Shown here: positions 1-13,950 of the stretch, in pieces
Numbering within the stretch: position 1 is the stretch's first letter
Layout of the letters: the number at the start of each line of letters is the position of its first letter
NCBI GenBank assembly: GCA_965202585.1
Contig: OZ241828.1
Location: 81,282,001-81,346,000, forward strand
Source: Thalia democratica
Taxonomy: Eukaryota
Direction of reading: 5' to 3'
DNA length: 64,000 bases
The notes under the pieces: generated by a model
What the model saw: only the letters and a program-made list of their open reading frames with translations
Told to the model about the DNA's origin: nothing
The model's database searches: none
Position numbers and translations under genes: made by a program

Positions 1-94
1 ATTTGTTTCAGTACAACATTTTTATCTCTAGTATATATACATATATATATAAACGAAATTTGTTTCCTTTATTTTAAAAATTTTTCGTTTGCAG

Positions 95-1246
95 CTAACC
101 TCAGAACGATAAGAGAAAATGAAAACGGCAGGTAAGACTAAATTTTCATTTACTAAAAATTATTTTATATTTCAATTCTATTCTACTAATTTTAGCAAAT
201 TTTATTATAAATAAACAATCGAACTATATAAGCCATTAATAATGCTTTGTTGTAACTGATATTAAAACAATATTCTCAGTGAAAGTTGTCTGAAACAAAT
301 TAGTGACTACGCGCTGAGTAAACGGCAAATTAGCATCAAAATGGTGAACCAATTGGAAATGCGTCAAAATGTTAGAGATATTATAAAAAAAAAATACGAG
401 CACATCATTCCTGATGAGCACGTTGAACTGCAGGATTCTAATGGAAGTCAATACAGAATCATCTTCTTAACCCTGCCAACTAAAGAACAGGTTTATTTCA
501 AATTATTTTAAGACCGGAATGTTAGGGCACATACATTAAAAAGAGGAAGACATGAAAAAAAAGTAGGCTAAACTACTCTTTAGTTTAAAAAACTTAATAG
601 TAACAGATTTTAAGCATACAAAAATATTTCATAACTATAAGATTTAATACATTTTCTGTTTACAATTGTCATCTAAAAGATCGTACCTTAAAAACAAACT
701 ATGAAAACTTTCATAGTATACTTTATGTTTTACATATTTTCTTCTTAAATCAAGCTATTAAGTACTAAAGTACAAGCAATTAAATTACAACAGGTTGTCA
801 AAATTCTCCAAGACAGAAACGAGAAACATTTCAAGAGTTTCCGAGCCGACAACACGGGTTGGATAATCGATCTTCCCAACTCCAGCTTCGTTAACAAGCA
901 GGTGGCCTCGGTGGCAGAAATTCTCGACAGCGTCACGTACGAAGAAAAGTCCTGTCTGCTGTACCTGAAGAAGGGTCATTACAACATCAGCCGCTACCAG
1001 ATGAAGAAGGATTTGGAAGAGAGGTTCGGAGATTCTTTTAAAAAGTACTTTGAACGTCTGAACTTGTTAATGAAAACTTCAAAGTTGTTGTATGAGGTTC
1101 CAGGAATGCGTGAGCGGGTGAAAATTAAGTTCATATTTGTAAAAGTGACCTTTAAGTCGGCTGAATATGCGAAAGTTTTTCATAAGCTACCCAGACTGCA
1201 GACATTTGAAGTTGCGGGACCTGTGGGAATGTGCATTAAAGATTAA
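95..1246 (+). CDS. 3'-partial multi-exon gene, unknown protein with two divergent RRM-like segments (exons 95-131, 280-490, 794-1246)
   Basis: Three AG/GT-bounded exons join in phase (2, 0) into one stop-free frame, ...NLRTIRENENGSESCLKQ...YRIIFLTLPTKEQVVKILQD...KFIFVKVTFKSAEYAKVF...CIKD*, ending at TAA 1244-1246. AATAAA signals follow near 1434 and 1481. The RRM-like label is inference from the beta-alpha spacing only. Confidence 0.75.
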
Positions 1247-2745
1247 TATACGACTTTTACAAAACTTTTTAGACTTTAATTTTAATAATCAGCCGTCTCA
1301 AAGGTCACTTTTTCATAGTAAGTCCTGGACAAGACATTAAACTGTGTCTAAATTGTGTTCGATTCGAAAACCGAAAGGTTTTTTCGTACACCAGATATAG
1401 AATTAATTGTTTTGAGCGCTTTTTTTGTCGTTCAATAAACAATGTACAAAAAATATACTTTCCTATGTTTAAAATTTTTCAATAAAGTTTTATGAACTAC
1501 ACAACTGAAAAAAAGTTTTTTCAAATATTCCAAATAGTTATGTGGTAACATAAAATAAACAAACGATTGTTTTATTTTTACTTTAGAGTTTGATAACGTT
1601 TTGTGATTTAGAAAGCAAAGCTAAAAGTATATAAACGAAGACTATTAACTAATTACAATAGGCTTGCGCTATCATTGTCGTTTTCAAAAATACAAAAAAG
1701 CACTAGAACTAAAAAAATATTAAACTTTGATTTATGACTTTCTGTATGTGTTCGAACAGTTTTTTAAGATAATATTCTTAAGTCTGCATGCAACAAAAAC
1801 AAGTTTAGATTTGTATCATTTTTTGTGAATAAATACCAAATTAAGTTCAAAAAATACGCTGATCTTGTTAGTTTATGAGTTTATGCATTTTTAAAAGTTT
1901 GGAAAGATTGTATTAGATGATTGTTTTAAATTGTATTAGAAAAATGTTTTTAACTTTTCGTGTTGGCGGCTAAATTTTACTTTTATTTAATATCTAGTTA
2001 GTTTTAGTTAAACTTAAAAAGTATTTTTGGTAATGGATGCATATATTTTGTCTTTCGCTTTTCTTGTTTAGTGTTATGTTATTGTCTGATTTATCAATTA
2101 CTATCTTTTCGAAGTTACTCTTTGAAGGGCCTCATTATGTGTATGTATAAATTAGCTAATTTTGTTTTGTTAGTCAACAGCGTTTTAAATGATTATAATA
2201 AGACAGTCGGTTGATAATCATCACATTAAAGTTTTACGCATAATACTTATGAAAAAAACTTTAGAAAATTTATATTTAACTCTCTAGCGCTGAAAGTACG
2301 AAGCAGACTGTTTTAAGTAGCAAAGAATTCTAAAATGCTTCATTCAAATGCTAAAAAATAATACTTTATGGTCATCAAATACGTTTTTTCTATTATTTTT
2401 TGGTTTAAGCGTCATATTGGATTCTGCAATAAAATAATGTTGCTCATTATTTAGTATATTTTACTCAATATTATACACTTCGATCCAAACTTTTTGCAGG
2501 TAAAATAAAGTTTTGAACTTAGTAGTTCAACGGATTTTAACTTATACTGCGTCAAATTTTGACTAGACATTACATACAAACAAAACCTGAAGCCTGCAAA
2601 AAAAATAAAGTGCATATATTTTTTATTGTTTATTGAATTTCTAAAACGAACAACCGACATTTAAAGCAAACTTACTAATTATCAGTATTTTAGATTGTTA
2701 TAATTTAGCTCAGATAATATATATTTTTTGAGCAGAACTGTTTGT

Positions 2746-2811
2746 AAATCCAACAGTGTTACAATTCCGTACGAAAAATACTCGAGCGAAACTGGTTCAA
2801 AAGAAACAAAC
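2746..2811 (+). other. Candidate 5' UTR exon of the Ly6-like gene
   Basis: CpG-containing segment ending at a consensus donor AAAC|GTAAGT (2812). An acceptor CGACAG| at 5107 lies just upstream of the Ly6 ATG. The linkage is inferred. Confidence 0.3.
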
Positions 2812-5135
2812 GTAAGTTAAGTGTTCAACTGTCATATCAATGTTAGCATTTTGACAACCTTGGTTTAAAGTAAAGTTTCCTTCATGCAAATACAGTGTAA
2901 GGCAAGCGGTTTCGTATACTATAGTTTCTTTTACACTTAAATTTTCCAGCGTCTAGTTTTGACTAACTGAGTTGAGAAATAACCAAAAAAGTTAGAAACA
3001 ATAGTGTATACATATATATATTTATACTATTTGTCTCTCCTTAGTGGAAACATATTTAAGCGAAAATGACGGAACGGATTGATTTAAACTTGATTGGCTT
3101 AAAATATATTTGTTCAAGTTGCGTAGTGGGTTAGGTTGAGTTTGGTTAGGGATAAGGTTATAAATAAAAAAGACTTCGAAAATTTTAATGACTCAGCTTT
3201 TGTTCATTAATTTTCAGCTAAGACTGACTTATAAGTATACAAAAACTTTAAGGTTATGATCAACATAATACATTATTTAGATAAAGCTTGTTTGTTATCT
3301 ATTACAAAAATAGTTTATTAGTAATTTAAAGTCTAAAATAGACTTTAGTTAATCTTTATTGATAACACTGCAAGTAAAGAATTAGTTTCTATAGAGAAAA
3401 GCAAGAAGATTTAAATAAAACTTTTATTTTATATCTATGTTAATTAACTAGAGTTTTCATTTATATATTTTAAATGTAAGCTGCCTTTTTTTTTTTGCTT
3501 AATTTAATAAAACAAAGCTCATAATATTTAGTCATATATTGTATGTTTACTTTTGCAAAAGCACTCATCAAATTCGTTCACACATTTTTTATTACAATTA
3601 CTTCTACTTACACACCGTCAAGCAACTAGGTGTAAAATTAACTGCAGCTGAAATTAAGAAAAAACATTTCATTTACAATACTAGTTTACTCGAGGTTTTT
3701 AATAAAGCAATAGTACTTAAAAGCAAAACGTGACTAGAATTGCTGTTTAATGCCACTTTTGTTGAGGCGTTTTTAACTAAATTAAAGTGTGGGCAGCATT
3801 ATTTAATAAAACTTGTTTGCTGCCGAGTAGAGTTAGCTCAACTAGCTTGTTTTTATAAAATTTCTATAGACGTGTTTTAGCAAAGCATAAATAAAAAGTT
3901 TTAATTAAGATGAGAAACAGATATCAGATATCTTGTAATTTGTGATCGTGTTTGTCTTTTTTTTATCAAAAAAAGTGTTCACTTAAATTGTTCATATGAA
4001 TTACAAAAACTAAAAGCTGTTTTATTTTCATCATCAACTTGAGGCAAAAGATCATGAGTCTCGAAATTTTCCTATTTGGTTTTCAGGGTTCAGCATTTTA
4101 GACTATTTCTTATTTGTAAAAAATAGAAAGAAATATTTTGAAATACTCAAAAGCCAAAAGAAAAATTTCCTTAAATTTAAAAATGTTTAGTTTTCTTTGC
4201 TTTTACCTCTATATTTTGCCTTTCAAATTTTTAAAGAATTGTTTTTGATTTTAGAAAATGATTATTATGTATTAGTTCTACTGCACAAGTAGAATTTAGT
4301 TTATTTTTTGATCTTGGTTTGCATTATTAGTTCTTTTGAACTTTCAAATTATATAAAACTATTTAAAAGTTTATGCTAAGTAGATTTGAATGACTACAAA
4401 TAATAAAGATTTTTGTTCAGCTGTTTAAAAGGTTATCTTTTCTAATTACTGAAATTAGTTATAATTTTTAAAATTAAAGAAAATTCATACTTTTAGAATA
4501 ATCTTCTTGAGTGCTTTACGTATCATTGCAACTTTTTAAATTTAGTTTTGAAAATTATTTTGAAAATAATAAAATAAAGACAAATTTTAGCATTTTACTT
4601 AATAAATTTTAAATTAAGTGTTAGCTGTCTTTGTTGTTGTCTTATTTTGTAATAAAATTCATCATGTTTAGTCATTGTTATCGTTTTTTTTTTCTGTAAT
4701 AACACTAGTCATATTTAGTCATTGTTATCTAGCTGCTTTTATTTTCATTTGCTGCAAGTTATACACAGTTAAGTAACTACAACTAAATTTTAGCAAAAAA
4801 GTTTATTTTGAAGACTAGCTAATTCAAGTAAATATACTAGTGAAATCTTATTCAACCTGCATTACATTTGTTAAGTTATTTTATTAAACTCTTTTTTTAA
4901 TAACTTATTATGAACAGCTAATATCTTATATCAAGAAACTGTTTTACAATTACAAAATATTAGCACAGTATGGTAGGTATAGTAATTATTTAGTGTCATT
5001 TTGAACTAACCATTTCAAATAACTTTAAAAAGAATCTTTGATTGATTTTGTATTTTATTTTCCGGTTTGGGAACTGACACTTTTAGTACCTTGCTTTCTA
5101 TCGACAGTTTATATTTAACCAAAATAAACGCCAGC

Positions 5136-6470
5136 ATGCGAATGATTCAAAGCCGCAAAAACTTGAAGGCAGCAGTGTGCGTGATGTTGATGTTGCGGCT
5201 CAGCGTTATTGCCGAGGAAATGCTCACGTGCAAGGTTGGCAGCATATTAGGGGGTGCCACCGGTTCTTACAGTCTACCTTGTCCAGCCAATTTTTCATGC
5301 TTGCGTGTTGAAATTGACGAAATCGAAGCCACAAACGGAGATAAAGGTCAGTTCAGTTCTTTCTCAGTTGTCCTTTTAAAATTTTTACGAGTTTCATGAA
5401 AACTTTTCGACGTAATACTGCATGTGCAATGTTCAACCTCAAGTTCACAATTGTGTTTTGAAACATTTGTTCATTCACGTATGTTATAAATAAAAAGTGA
5501 GTAAAATCGGCCAAAAGTTGTAATATTTTACATTCATGTTTGAATAAAATTATTTTTTTTTGTAAAAGAAACTGGCTTTACTATGTTAGAACTAATAAGC
5601 ACACTTGACATTGTTTCGATAAAAATATTGGTTCACATACTAAAATAAAAGGATAAAACCATTACGAACACGTCACGTCAACCATCCTTCCATATAAAAG
5701 TAAATGCTTATCGTACCACATGTTCAAAAAAGTTTTTGTAATAATTTTAAAAACTCTGCAGTAAAAAACTATGTGGGAATGTCATGTCAAGATGACTGTA
5801 GAACCAAGTTTGAGAACGCTCCCCAAGATCAATTAAAGAATGAAACTTTCAAAGCCATTTCCGCTATAAATCGTAATGTTAAAAACGATATGACGTAAGT
5901 TTAACGTAGTTTTAAAGCACACTAGTTGGACCTAATTGTAAATTTTTACACTTTTTAATAATAAGAAAAAAAATTAACCATAAAAACCATTTAAATCAAA
6001 TTATTTGAATTAAAGTAACGAATATAATTTTTTTTTAATTACCTACGTAACAAGTATATAGCACTCTCTAAAGTTTTTTGAGACAATTAAATGTATTTTT
6101 CTCTTCTTAAGTTCGCAAACTAACAGTAGAACACTTTTATGTTTAACTCTACTTTTAGTTTCTAAATAAGAGTAGAGAAGTTTGAGTTAAACTATAACAA
6201 AGAACTTTAGAGAGTGTTATTTACCTGTCATGTATCTAATTAGAAGCAAAGAGTTATGTTTGAAGTTCAACTAAAAAAAAACAAACTAAAAATCTTTAAA
6301 ATCGCTTTTTAAACTCTACTCGTTTGTTTTAAAGAGGAGTAAAGGCAAGATGCTGCAACTACGATGACTGCAATTCTGAGCCAATACCGAAGCCGGAAAT
6401 GAGCGGTGGCAGCAAAGCTTCTTTTAGTTTGTTGTTTGTCTTTGTTGCGGCTTTCTATAACCAGCTTTGA
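5136..6470 (+). CDS. Ly6/uPAR (three-finger) family protein, secreted and probably GPI-anchored, 159 aa (exons 5136-5346, 5762-5894, 6335-6470)
   Basis: Signal-like N-terminus (MRMIQSRKNLKAAVCVMLMLRLSVIA), 8 Cys in three-finger spacing ending in CCNYDDCN, then a hydrophobic C-terminus (SKASFSLLFVFVAAFYNQL*). Phases 1 and 2 are consistent, and the CDS totals 480 nt. Confidence 0.88.
6061..6217. mobile_element. Small MITE-like element with TA target-site duplication (Tc1/mariner-type) in the last Ly6 intron
   Basis: Perfect 14-bp inverted repeat CACTCTCTAAAGTT (6062) / AACTTTAGAGAGTG (ends 6216), extending to about 19 bp with one mismatch. Inner inverted repeat GTTTAACTC/GAGTTAAAC. TA flanks both sides. 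Confidence 0.7.
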
Positions 6471-9400
6471 TGCGTGCGCCAAATTAAAATTCGTTTTTTT
6501 TTTTGCTGCTTAACAAAGTTAAGTAACTTAGTTAAGCTTCTTTTTTTTTTTGAATTATTAAAAAACCTTAAAGAGAAAGTTTGACTAAAAGCTTTCATTT
6601 AGATGAAAAAATTAAAAATTTTAAATTTCAAATTTTTTAAAGTTTTTAATTATGAAGTAATTCCATTTTGAAGAATTTACCGAGTTTTAAAAATATTTTC
6701 TAAGTTTCATTAAGTTGGTTATTTTTAATTTTTCAACCTGTTTTGTTTCAACGTAAAAGTTAAAAGTAAATAAAATGCTTACTTGTTTGTGATTTTTGTT
6801 AAAAAAATTAAAAAAAGTAATAGATAAAATAACTAAAACAAAATATGGAAAAGTTAGTTATACATAATAACAATCAGTTATAATAATATTAAACGACGTG
6901 AATTATGAGAGAAAACAAAAATAGTTTTAATCTACCTAAAGTAAAGCTTGTTAAGTATATTTTGTTATTTAGATTGTCATAGATTATCAAGTTTAGTTTA
7001 AAATGCTGTAACAGTAAAACGTAACGCTTTAGTAAAATGCTTACCGTTGAATTACGAGTTGTTGTAGTTTTACCCCATGGCAAGTATGGTACCTGCTACT
7101 TAAAGTTTAACCTCATACGCTTGTAATGAAAAACTGTATCACAGTTCATTAAACAGTTCGTAAAAAGTATATTAAATAAATCAAATCAGTTTGTTTTGAA
7201 AGTTTAAATACCAAATTAATGTTACTTAAATTGAATGTAGTTTTGTAACAAAACTGTTATGAACGATAATATGTTAAAAATTATCTCGTATTTACTTGAT
7301 AAACTGAATAGTTTGTACTATTCACCTTTTGTACTTCAAAGCACATGGAATTTTGACTAATTATGACGTATGCTGTGACAAAAGAAACACTGACGTCAAA
7401 ATTATTCATTGTAAAGATATCAATTATATTTTAATAATTTTTGGTTTGCAGTAGATGTACTATTTTTAAAGTTATACATACCAAAAGTTTTGATGTAAAA
7501 TATTATAAAATAAGACTAAATTTAATAAGTTTATCACCAAGGTACATTGAATAGTTTTAAAAGTGAGGAACTTTTTTCAAAAAAGGTATAGTATTATTGT
7601 TTAATGATTTATAAATTTAACTCTTGCAAAATATAAATTTTAATAAAAAGTTAATAACTATTTAATATCCGTTTGTTGCCCATAAATATTCCGTTTGGTT
7701 TTGTATGCTATAAAAAAAAAATCATTTCTTAAATTTACATTAAGTTATCTAATACATTGTTAATGTTAAAAAGTTATTCTCACAATTTTAATCCGTGTTA
7801 TACCACCCTTTAAGATAAAATACTTTTCTAAATTATCTTCAAAGTTTTACTTTAAAAATCTTAATTAAAGTTAAAACTATTATCTGTTTGAAAATTTGAA
7901 AAGCGTTTTAATGCAATTATTTTTAAGAATGTTACTCACATCTTAATAAATGTAAGCTTTTCTGCTCAAATTTTAGTAGACATTAGCGTGTAGGTCTATA
8001 CGGTGTGCATCTATGAACAATATAGTAGTGTGCATAGATACTATTCAAATCTGCACAGAAAATTCATTTAATTTAAAGAAACGGGTACTTTGTATTTTCA
8101 AATAAAATATGCTAATATTAAACTGAACTAACTAAACTAATCCAAATAAAGACGGGTTATTCACAAAGCAATGAAACTTGTGTTGTTTAGGTTCTAGTTT
8201 GCTTACACCCAACATACTATTTGCGGACTGGATACGACATTCAAAATAGTTTTAAGCTGTTAACATTAACAAAGAAACTTAAAAAATGACATAAAAACAT
8301 GAGACAACTTAAATTTTGAGTTAACTTTGGTTGTAAGGTCATGATTACATTGTTATAATTTCTTATATGGAAAAACCCAAAATTCAAAAGGTAAAAAAAT
8401 TAAAATAAAACTTTGCATCAACTAACCAGCCCGCTAAAGTCTACGTTTAATAAATCCGGCCCGTTATGTATAAACGGCTGCAGCATCTAATCCATAGACT
8501 CGAGAAGTTGCTGAACCCTATTCTAATTCGTTATTAATTTTTATTAGTTTACTTTACCTTTTTATTTCAATTAAAAATAAACACAAAAGTATACAATCAG
8601 TAAGTTTTGAAATAAAAACAAAACCTGCACACTGTACGATTTTAGCAAGAAAATAAGAACTGTGAAAAAATTAGAAAGAAAAAATTAAATTTTTTGAAAA
8701 GTAATGTAGAAATACTTATATTTTCCAACAAAATAATATAAATTTGCCCAACTATAAAACTAGATAAGTGAAATACCTCTATAACTAGATACCTTTAAAA
8801 CTTATGCTCTCACTTCTTATTTTTAATTTATCTTAGACACAAAACTTTTAGTAAGTTTTATCAAGGTTTAAACATTTGTTTAAAAAATTTGAAAGTAGTT
8901 TCTATAGTTAGTAGCTATATTGTCGTTTTTGTGCTAACTTCAAAACACGTTTTATTTTCATGTGTCTCTTACTTAAATACTTTTTTTTTTGTCTTAATTA
9001 GTTAAACTATTTTTATACTGCTGATTTATAGTATGCTGATACAAATTATGTTATCAGCTTCATATCTACTCTAAAAATTGTTTATTATGCTTTTAACTAC
9101 ATATAAATCAATACGCATTAAAACAATGATTGTTTGATAAAAACTAGAAAAATAACTTAAACAACAAAAATTTCAAAAAGACCTTCATTTACATATTCGT
9201 TTAAGTTATTATAATAATTTTTAAAAGAAATTTTCTTAAATAAAAACTTATCAAGATAAATAGACTTATAAAGCACTTATTTATAATAAAATAGAATAAA
9301 ACTAGAACTCAGGTGTTAGTCCTGTTACCGTGATTCGATCCTTAACTTCTTGACAATGACTACATTTCGTATGTTTATACTATCAGACTATTATTTTTAA

Positions 9401-9605
9401 TCTGTTTTATTGGTATATATAGTATATTATTTGTATATAATTAAATGAAGTTTTATTAGTATATTTTTTCAAAAACAGTGTGTTAATAATGTTCAATAAT
9501 CACTTAATCTGAGTAATAAAAAAGGATACTGTATAACTTGTTACTATTATGTATAAAACACTAGTACAATAAAAGCTTTTGGCTCGATATAACCAATAAG
9601 TACTT

Positions 9606-10149
9606 TTAGTTTAAATACTGTACACTACACACTAAAAACTTATGTATTTCTAACTTTTTTTGGCATCGAAAAACTAAAGTTGCTTGATGAGTTTGAAACG
9701 TAAATAAAATAATCTGAGAACAGAAAGGTAAAACGTACACAGCAGCTCTTGAGGCGTGAAACGCATATTTACAAGATTCTTCATAACAGCGATCATTATA
9801 CTCCTCGAAAAAAAGCTTCAATACACTTTCTAGTGGCTGCTTCTTGTCTGTTCATCCATGTAACAATGTCGTTTACTGCTAACCCGCATCTATCTTTTAT
9901 GGTTTCTGTGCAACGTAGAGTTTGTTTCGATGTGTTGTAATTTATGTACTCGTAATAGATCAAATAAGAGTACAGCTTCCAGTAGCAAGACTGCTTAGTA
10001 GAAGGAAAGGGTTTTGGGTTTTCAGACGAAAACAACAGAGAGTCTTGTTTGCTGCACAATTCGTTGTAATTTCTCGGATAGCAAGAGTTGTCAGCGTAAT
10101 TTGTAGCTACTGCGAGCCTTGCCACGAAAATTATAACGAAAATATTCAT
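9606..10149 (-). CDS. Intronless secreted Cys-rich protein (~180 aa if joined), interrupted by a 1-nt frameshift at 9808-9814; gene, pseudogene or assembly error
   Basis: ATG 10149 starts a signal peptide (MNIFVIIFVARLAVAT) followed by 6 Cys up to RKCIEAFF. The +1 frame continues EEYNDRCYEESCKY with 2 more Cys and a hydrophobic stretch (AAVYVLPFCSQIILFTF) to a stop at 9606. Removing one T from the T7 run fuses the two listed ORFs. Confidence 0.6.
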
Positions 10150-13100
10150 TGCAAATCTATTAGAAGCTTTTAACAACTTATGAACTCAAACAACAGAATT
10201 CAGTGAGCTGATTGGTTACAAAACTTTGTTTCTCACTTAATGTTGAAACTTAGTATAATGCTAAGAAACTACATCAGATTAAAGTGCAAAAGTTTGTTCT
10301 GTCAACTACAGCTGTTTCGAAGGACAACAGTTGTCGTTTTCTTCAGGCCTGCTATGAAACTAATGCAAGATAAATTGTGAAAAATATAACTGATTTAGCA
10401 CATTCTAATGTATAAAATATTTAGCTTATAACATGTAAATTTGCTGTGGTGTGCTGGTGCTGATTAAACTTGAAATTTTATTTAAGAATGAAGAAAAAAT
10501 AATTATTGATTTTTGTCTGCTCATTTTTGAAGTACAACTTTGAGCTATTACGTTTAGTTCAAAACTTTATAAGCTTATTTTAATCCATATAAGTAAAACT
10601 AACGTAGTAATTAGAGTATCATTAAAAGTAAATATAAGTAGAACTAAGTTTTTCATAGAAAAGGCAGAAAAGCTTTTGTAACCTGACAAATTGTCATGTT
10701 TTAAATTAAAGTTGCTACTTATGATTTTGTTTATAATGTTTCATGTAATTTTTTGCTTAAAATCCACCACATAAAACGTAAGAAAAAACGTATAATATTC
10801 TATAAAAGTGAACTAAGTAGTAACAAAAAAAATATTTATGTTTTCTAACTTCTAACTTAGTGTAAATTTACGTACTTCGCGTAAATAATGTAAAAATAAT
10901 TTCATCAATATTTTTACTTATATCAATTTATCTATAGCTTAGTTTTCTAATAACATGGCTACAGTAGTTTAAGCTTTTAAAAAATTCCTAAAACTAAACT
11001 CTTTTTAATTAAATTGGGCTTTACATAGTTTTAACAAAAACGCGTTTTGTAATAAAACAAGTAAGCTAAAAGTTTAAACTTGTAAAATAATTTTTTTCTT
11101 AAACGAAAATGATTACTTACATCCCTTCTATTTAGTTGTTTTTACATTGGAAAATGTTTTTTGTTTTTATCAAATTGAGGCGGTAATCAAAATTTTATCA
11201 AATTTAATTTCCTGTGAAAACAAGATTATATAGAGTTTAATTTTTATGTACAAAGTTTTACAAAATATATAAAACATTGTGGTAGTTTTTTTCTTAATTT
11301 GAATTGTCGAAATTAATTTGACCGAATTTGAATAGTCATGTAATCTGTTTGAACATAATTTGCTTGAACTATTACATTATTGTATTTTTACATAGTTATA
11401 ACAATTTAAATCTATAAGAACAAAACTTGCTTTTTTAAAGTTTTAAAACACTAAACATGTAACATAGAAAATCAAATTCATGAATACATAGAGTATACAA
11501 TTTTTTTTTAATTAAACTATATATTTGTATAGTTTTTAGCTTAATTATTGTTCTAAAAACAATTTGTTCTAACATCAGTAGTTAATATCATCTTAAAGTA
11601 TTTTTGATTTTCAATTTGTAAAACATTGTTAACAAGCAGTACTGTTAAGTACTGTGTGAGAATTTAAAGTTCTGAAGTAGCTATTATTAATTTTTATTTT
11701 TGCTCATCGAATGTTCTAAAAACTTATCTTTTTTTTATCCTTACAGTCTAAGCTTGAACATTTTACAACTAAATGTTTATTGAACTACTACAAACAAGAC
11801 TTAATTTTATGTCATTTTATGCACGTTTTTAATCTGACAAAAAATATTACTACTTAATATTATAATTTTTGTAAGAAGTGTCTCACTTAAAAAGTCTAAA
11901 CTGTATATATAATAATATAACAGTAAAAGTTAACAGTTGTTAATGAAACAGTATTTTAAAAAGAGTTACTTTGATTTAAAATACTATTTACTAACTTTGA
12001 ATATATTTATATTAGTAAGTTGAATAGAAAAACTTTAAATATCTTTTAAACGTGTTAGCTTTGGTGATAATAGAATAATTAGAAATCTTAATCAACTTTG
12101 AGTAGAAGTATATATGTTTTTTAAGTTTTTCACTTTAAATGTACAATTTTAAATACTTGATTTACCTACATAGCACTTTATACATTAACTTAATTATTGA
12201 TTTTGTTTCAATTTAAAAGAAAGTATTTAAGAAAAATTTTAGCAAAAAAATACTTAATTAGTTTTTTATTTTATAATAGTTTTACAATCTTTTTGTATAA
12301 AAATTTTGTATATTTTCAAAATGCAACCGACACAGATTAAGCTTGCACCTACAATTTACTGGATATTTGAAGGTAGAGTGTAAAACTTAAGATAAACAAA
12401 TTTATCATCAAATTTAACAAAAAATAGCAATAATCTTAAAATATTAGAAGACTTCTTTTTTCTTCTTTTATTTTTGACTAGGTAAAACAACAGTTCCAGT
12501 GTGCCACCCCATGAAACGTCCCTGACAACTACTATATATAACTTTACATCATTTTCTAAAGTCCAAGTAGAACTTTTTCATTTTGAATTTTGACTAAAAT
12601 AACACATAAGAGTAATCAGATTTGATCTGATTAAGTTTAAGCCCTTGTTTAGTTTAAGTTTTAATTAATAATAACAATTAGTTAATAGAAAGCTCAAAAA
12701 GTTGTTTAAATATCATCTGCATATTGAAGCTAACGTACTATTTTTAAGTTGATCTTAGTACCAGCATTCTCTAAAGCTTTTTTAAAAGCTAAGTAATCTA
12801 TCGATATAGGATAAAATTTGGATTTATAAACACTTAACAAGAATATTAACTAAGTTTTATGTTTTATATTACAAAAAAGTAAAATTCATTGACATCGAAT
12901 TCTTTTAGTATAAACACTTAAGAAGAAAACTTTTAGATGAAATTAGGTTAACTAAATTTGTTAATTTGTAATTTAAACTCTTATAAAAAATACATTTATC
13001 TTTTTTTTTTGGATTAATTTTTACTATTTATACTAATTAGTCTAAGGCTTGTTTTTTGTATCTAAAGTTAACAGTCTTAATAAAAAATGTCATACTTTAA

Positions 13101-13708
13101 CAAAGTTTCATTTACTAGCGAACATTCAAGGTTGCATATATGGACAACAGTGGCTTTCAAAGCATGTTACTAATTTCCGATAAAAATCACTAAGATGCGT
13201 GATTACGTCACAAGTGTAAGTGACTTCAACGAATCTCACCAAGCAGTAAACCCCGAAACTGAAAGTGGAAAAATAGTTTTAAAATATTCATTTTGAATTT
13301 AGTGGCAGTAAAGCTTAAACTCTAGCACACGAAGGTTTACAGTTTCAGTCTTTAACATAAATTATGCAAGTTTTGCTTAGATAAACTTTTGATGTCATTT
13401 AAAATACACCAACAGTCAACGAAAAAATAGACTTTCAGATAAAATTATTTTATTTCGTTTTTACATGGTTGAAATAAAACTTTTAAATAGCAAAAACACT
13501 GAGTTTTAAATAGCAAGATTAGTCAGTAGTTTTTTTTTTACACAAAACAAAAACACGTAATTTTTGCTTTTTTTTTTTCTTTCGTCATACACCTTTAAAG
13601 ATAATGATGATTTTCATACTCTTTTAACAATGTATGTGTGTAGATTAACTGTATATGTATATAAACGAGAGATTATATAAACTCTATAAAGTTATAAACC
13701 TTTTCTTA

Positions 13709-13950
13709 TGGAAAAATAGTGCAAAAAATAAGAATTTTTAATTTTTTTGGACAGTTATAGCTGATGAATTTTTTGCCTATAAAACGTGTACTTAAATGTT
13801 TATCAAATAATATTAGTAGTTATTTATTTATGGAAAAATAATGCAGAAAAGAAGAACTTTAATTTTTTTGAAGAGTTTTAGCCGACGATTTTTTCGAAAT
13901 CAACCTGTAAAACCTATACTTTAAATTTTTATCGAATAATATTATTATTT
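13709..13950. repeat. Local tandem duplication, two degenerate copies of ~120 bp
   Basis: TGGAAAAATA(G/A)TGCA...AGAA..TTTAATTTTTTTG...ATC(A/G)AATAATATTA occurs at about 13709 and again at about 13830. Confidence 0.55.

Noticed and set aside
3125-3165. Telomere-like GGGTTAGG/GGTTAGGG motifs
   Set aside because: Only two or three degenerate units, with no array or element boundaries.
5701-5761. Apparent frameshift in an A6 run if the Ly6 exon started at 5701 (VNAYRTTCSK/KSFCNN)
   Set aside because: A better acceptor (CTCTGCAG|5762) gives the correct phase and exactly the 8-Cys core with no frameshift.
12321-12530. Possible + strand spliced mini-ORF (MQPTQIKLAPTIYWIFEG/KTTVPVCHPMKRP*)
   Set aside because: Splice sites look plausible, but the ~31-aa product has no features and no other support.
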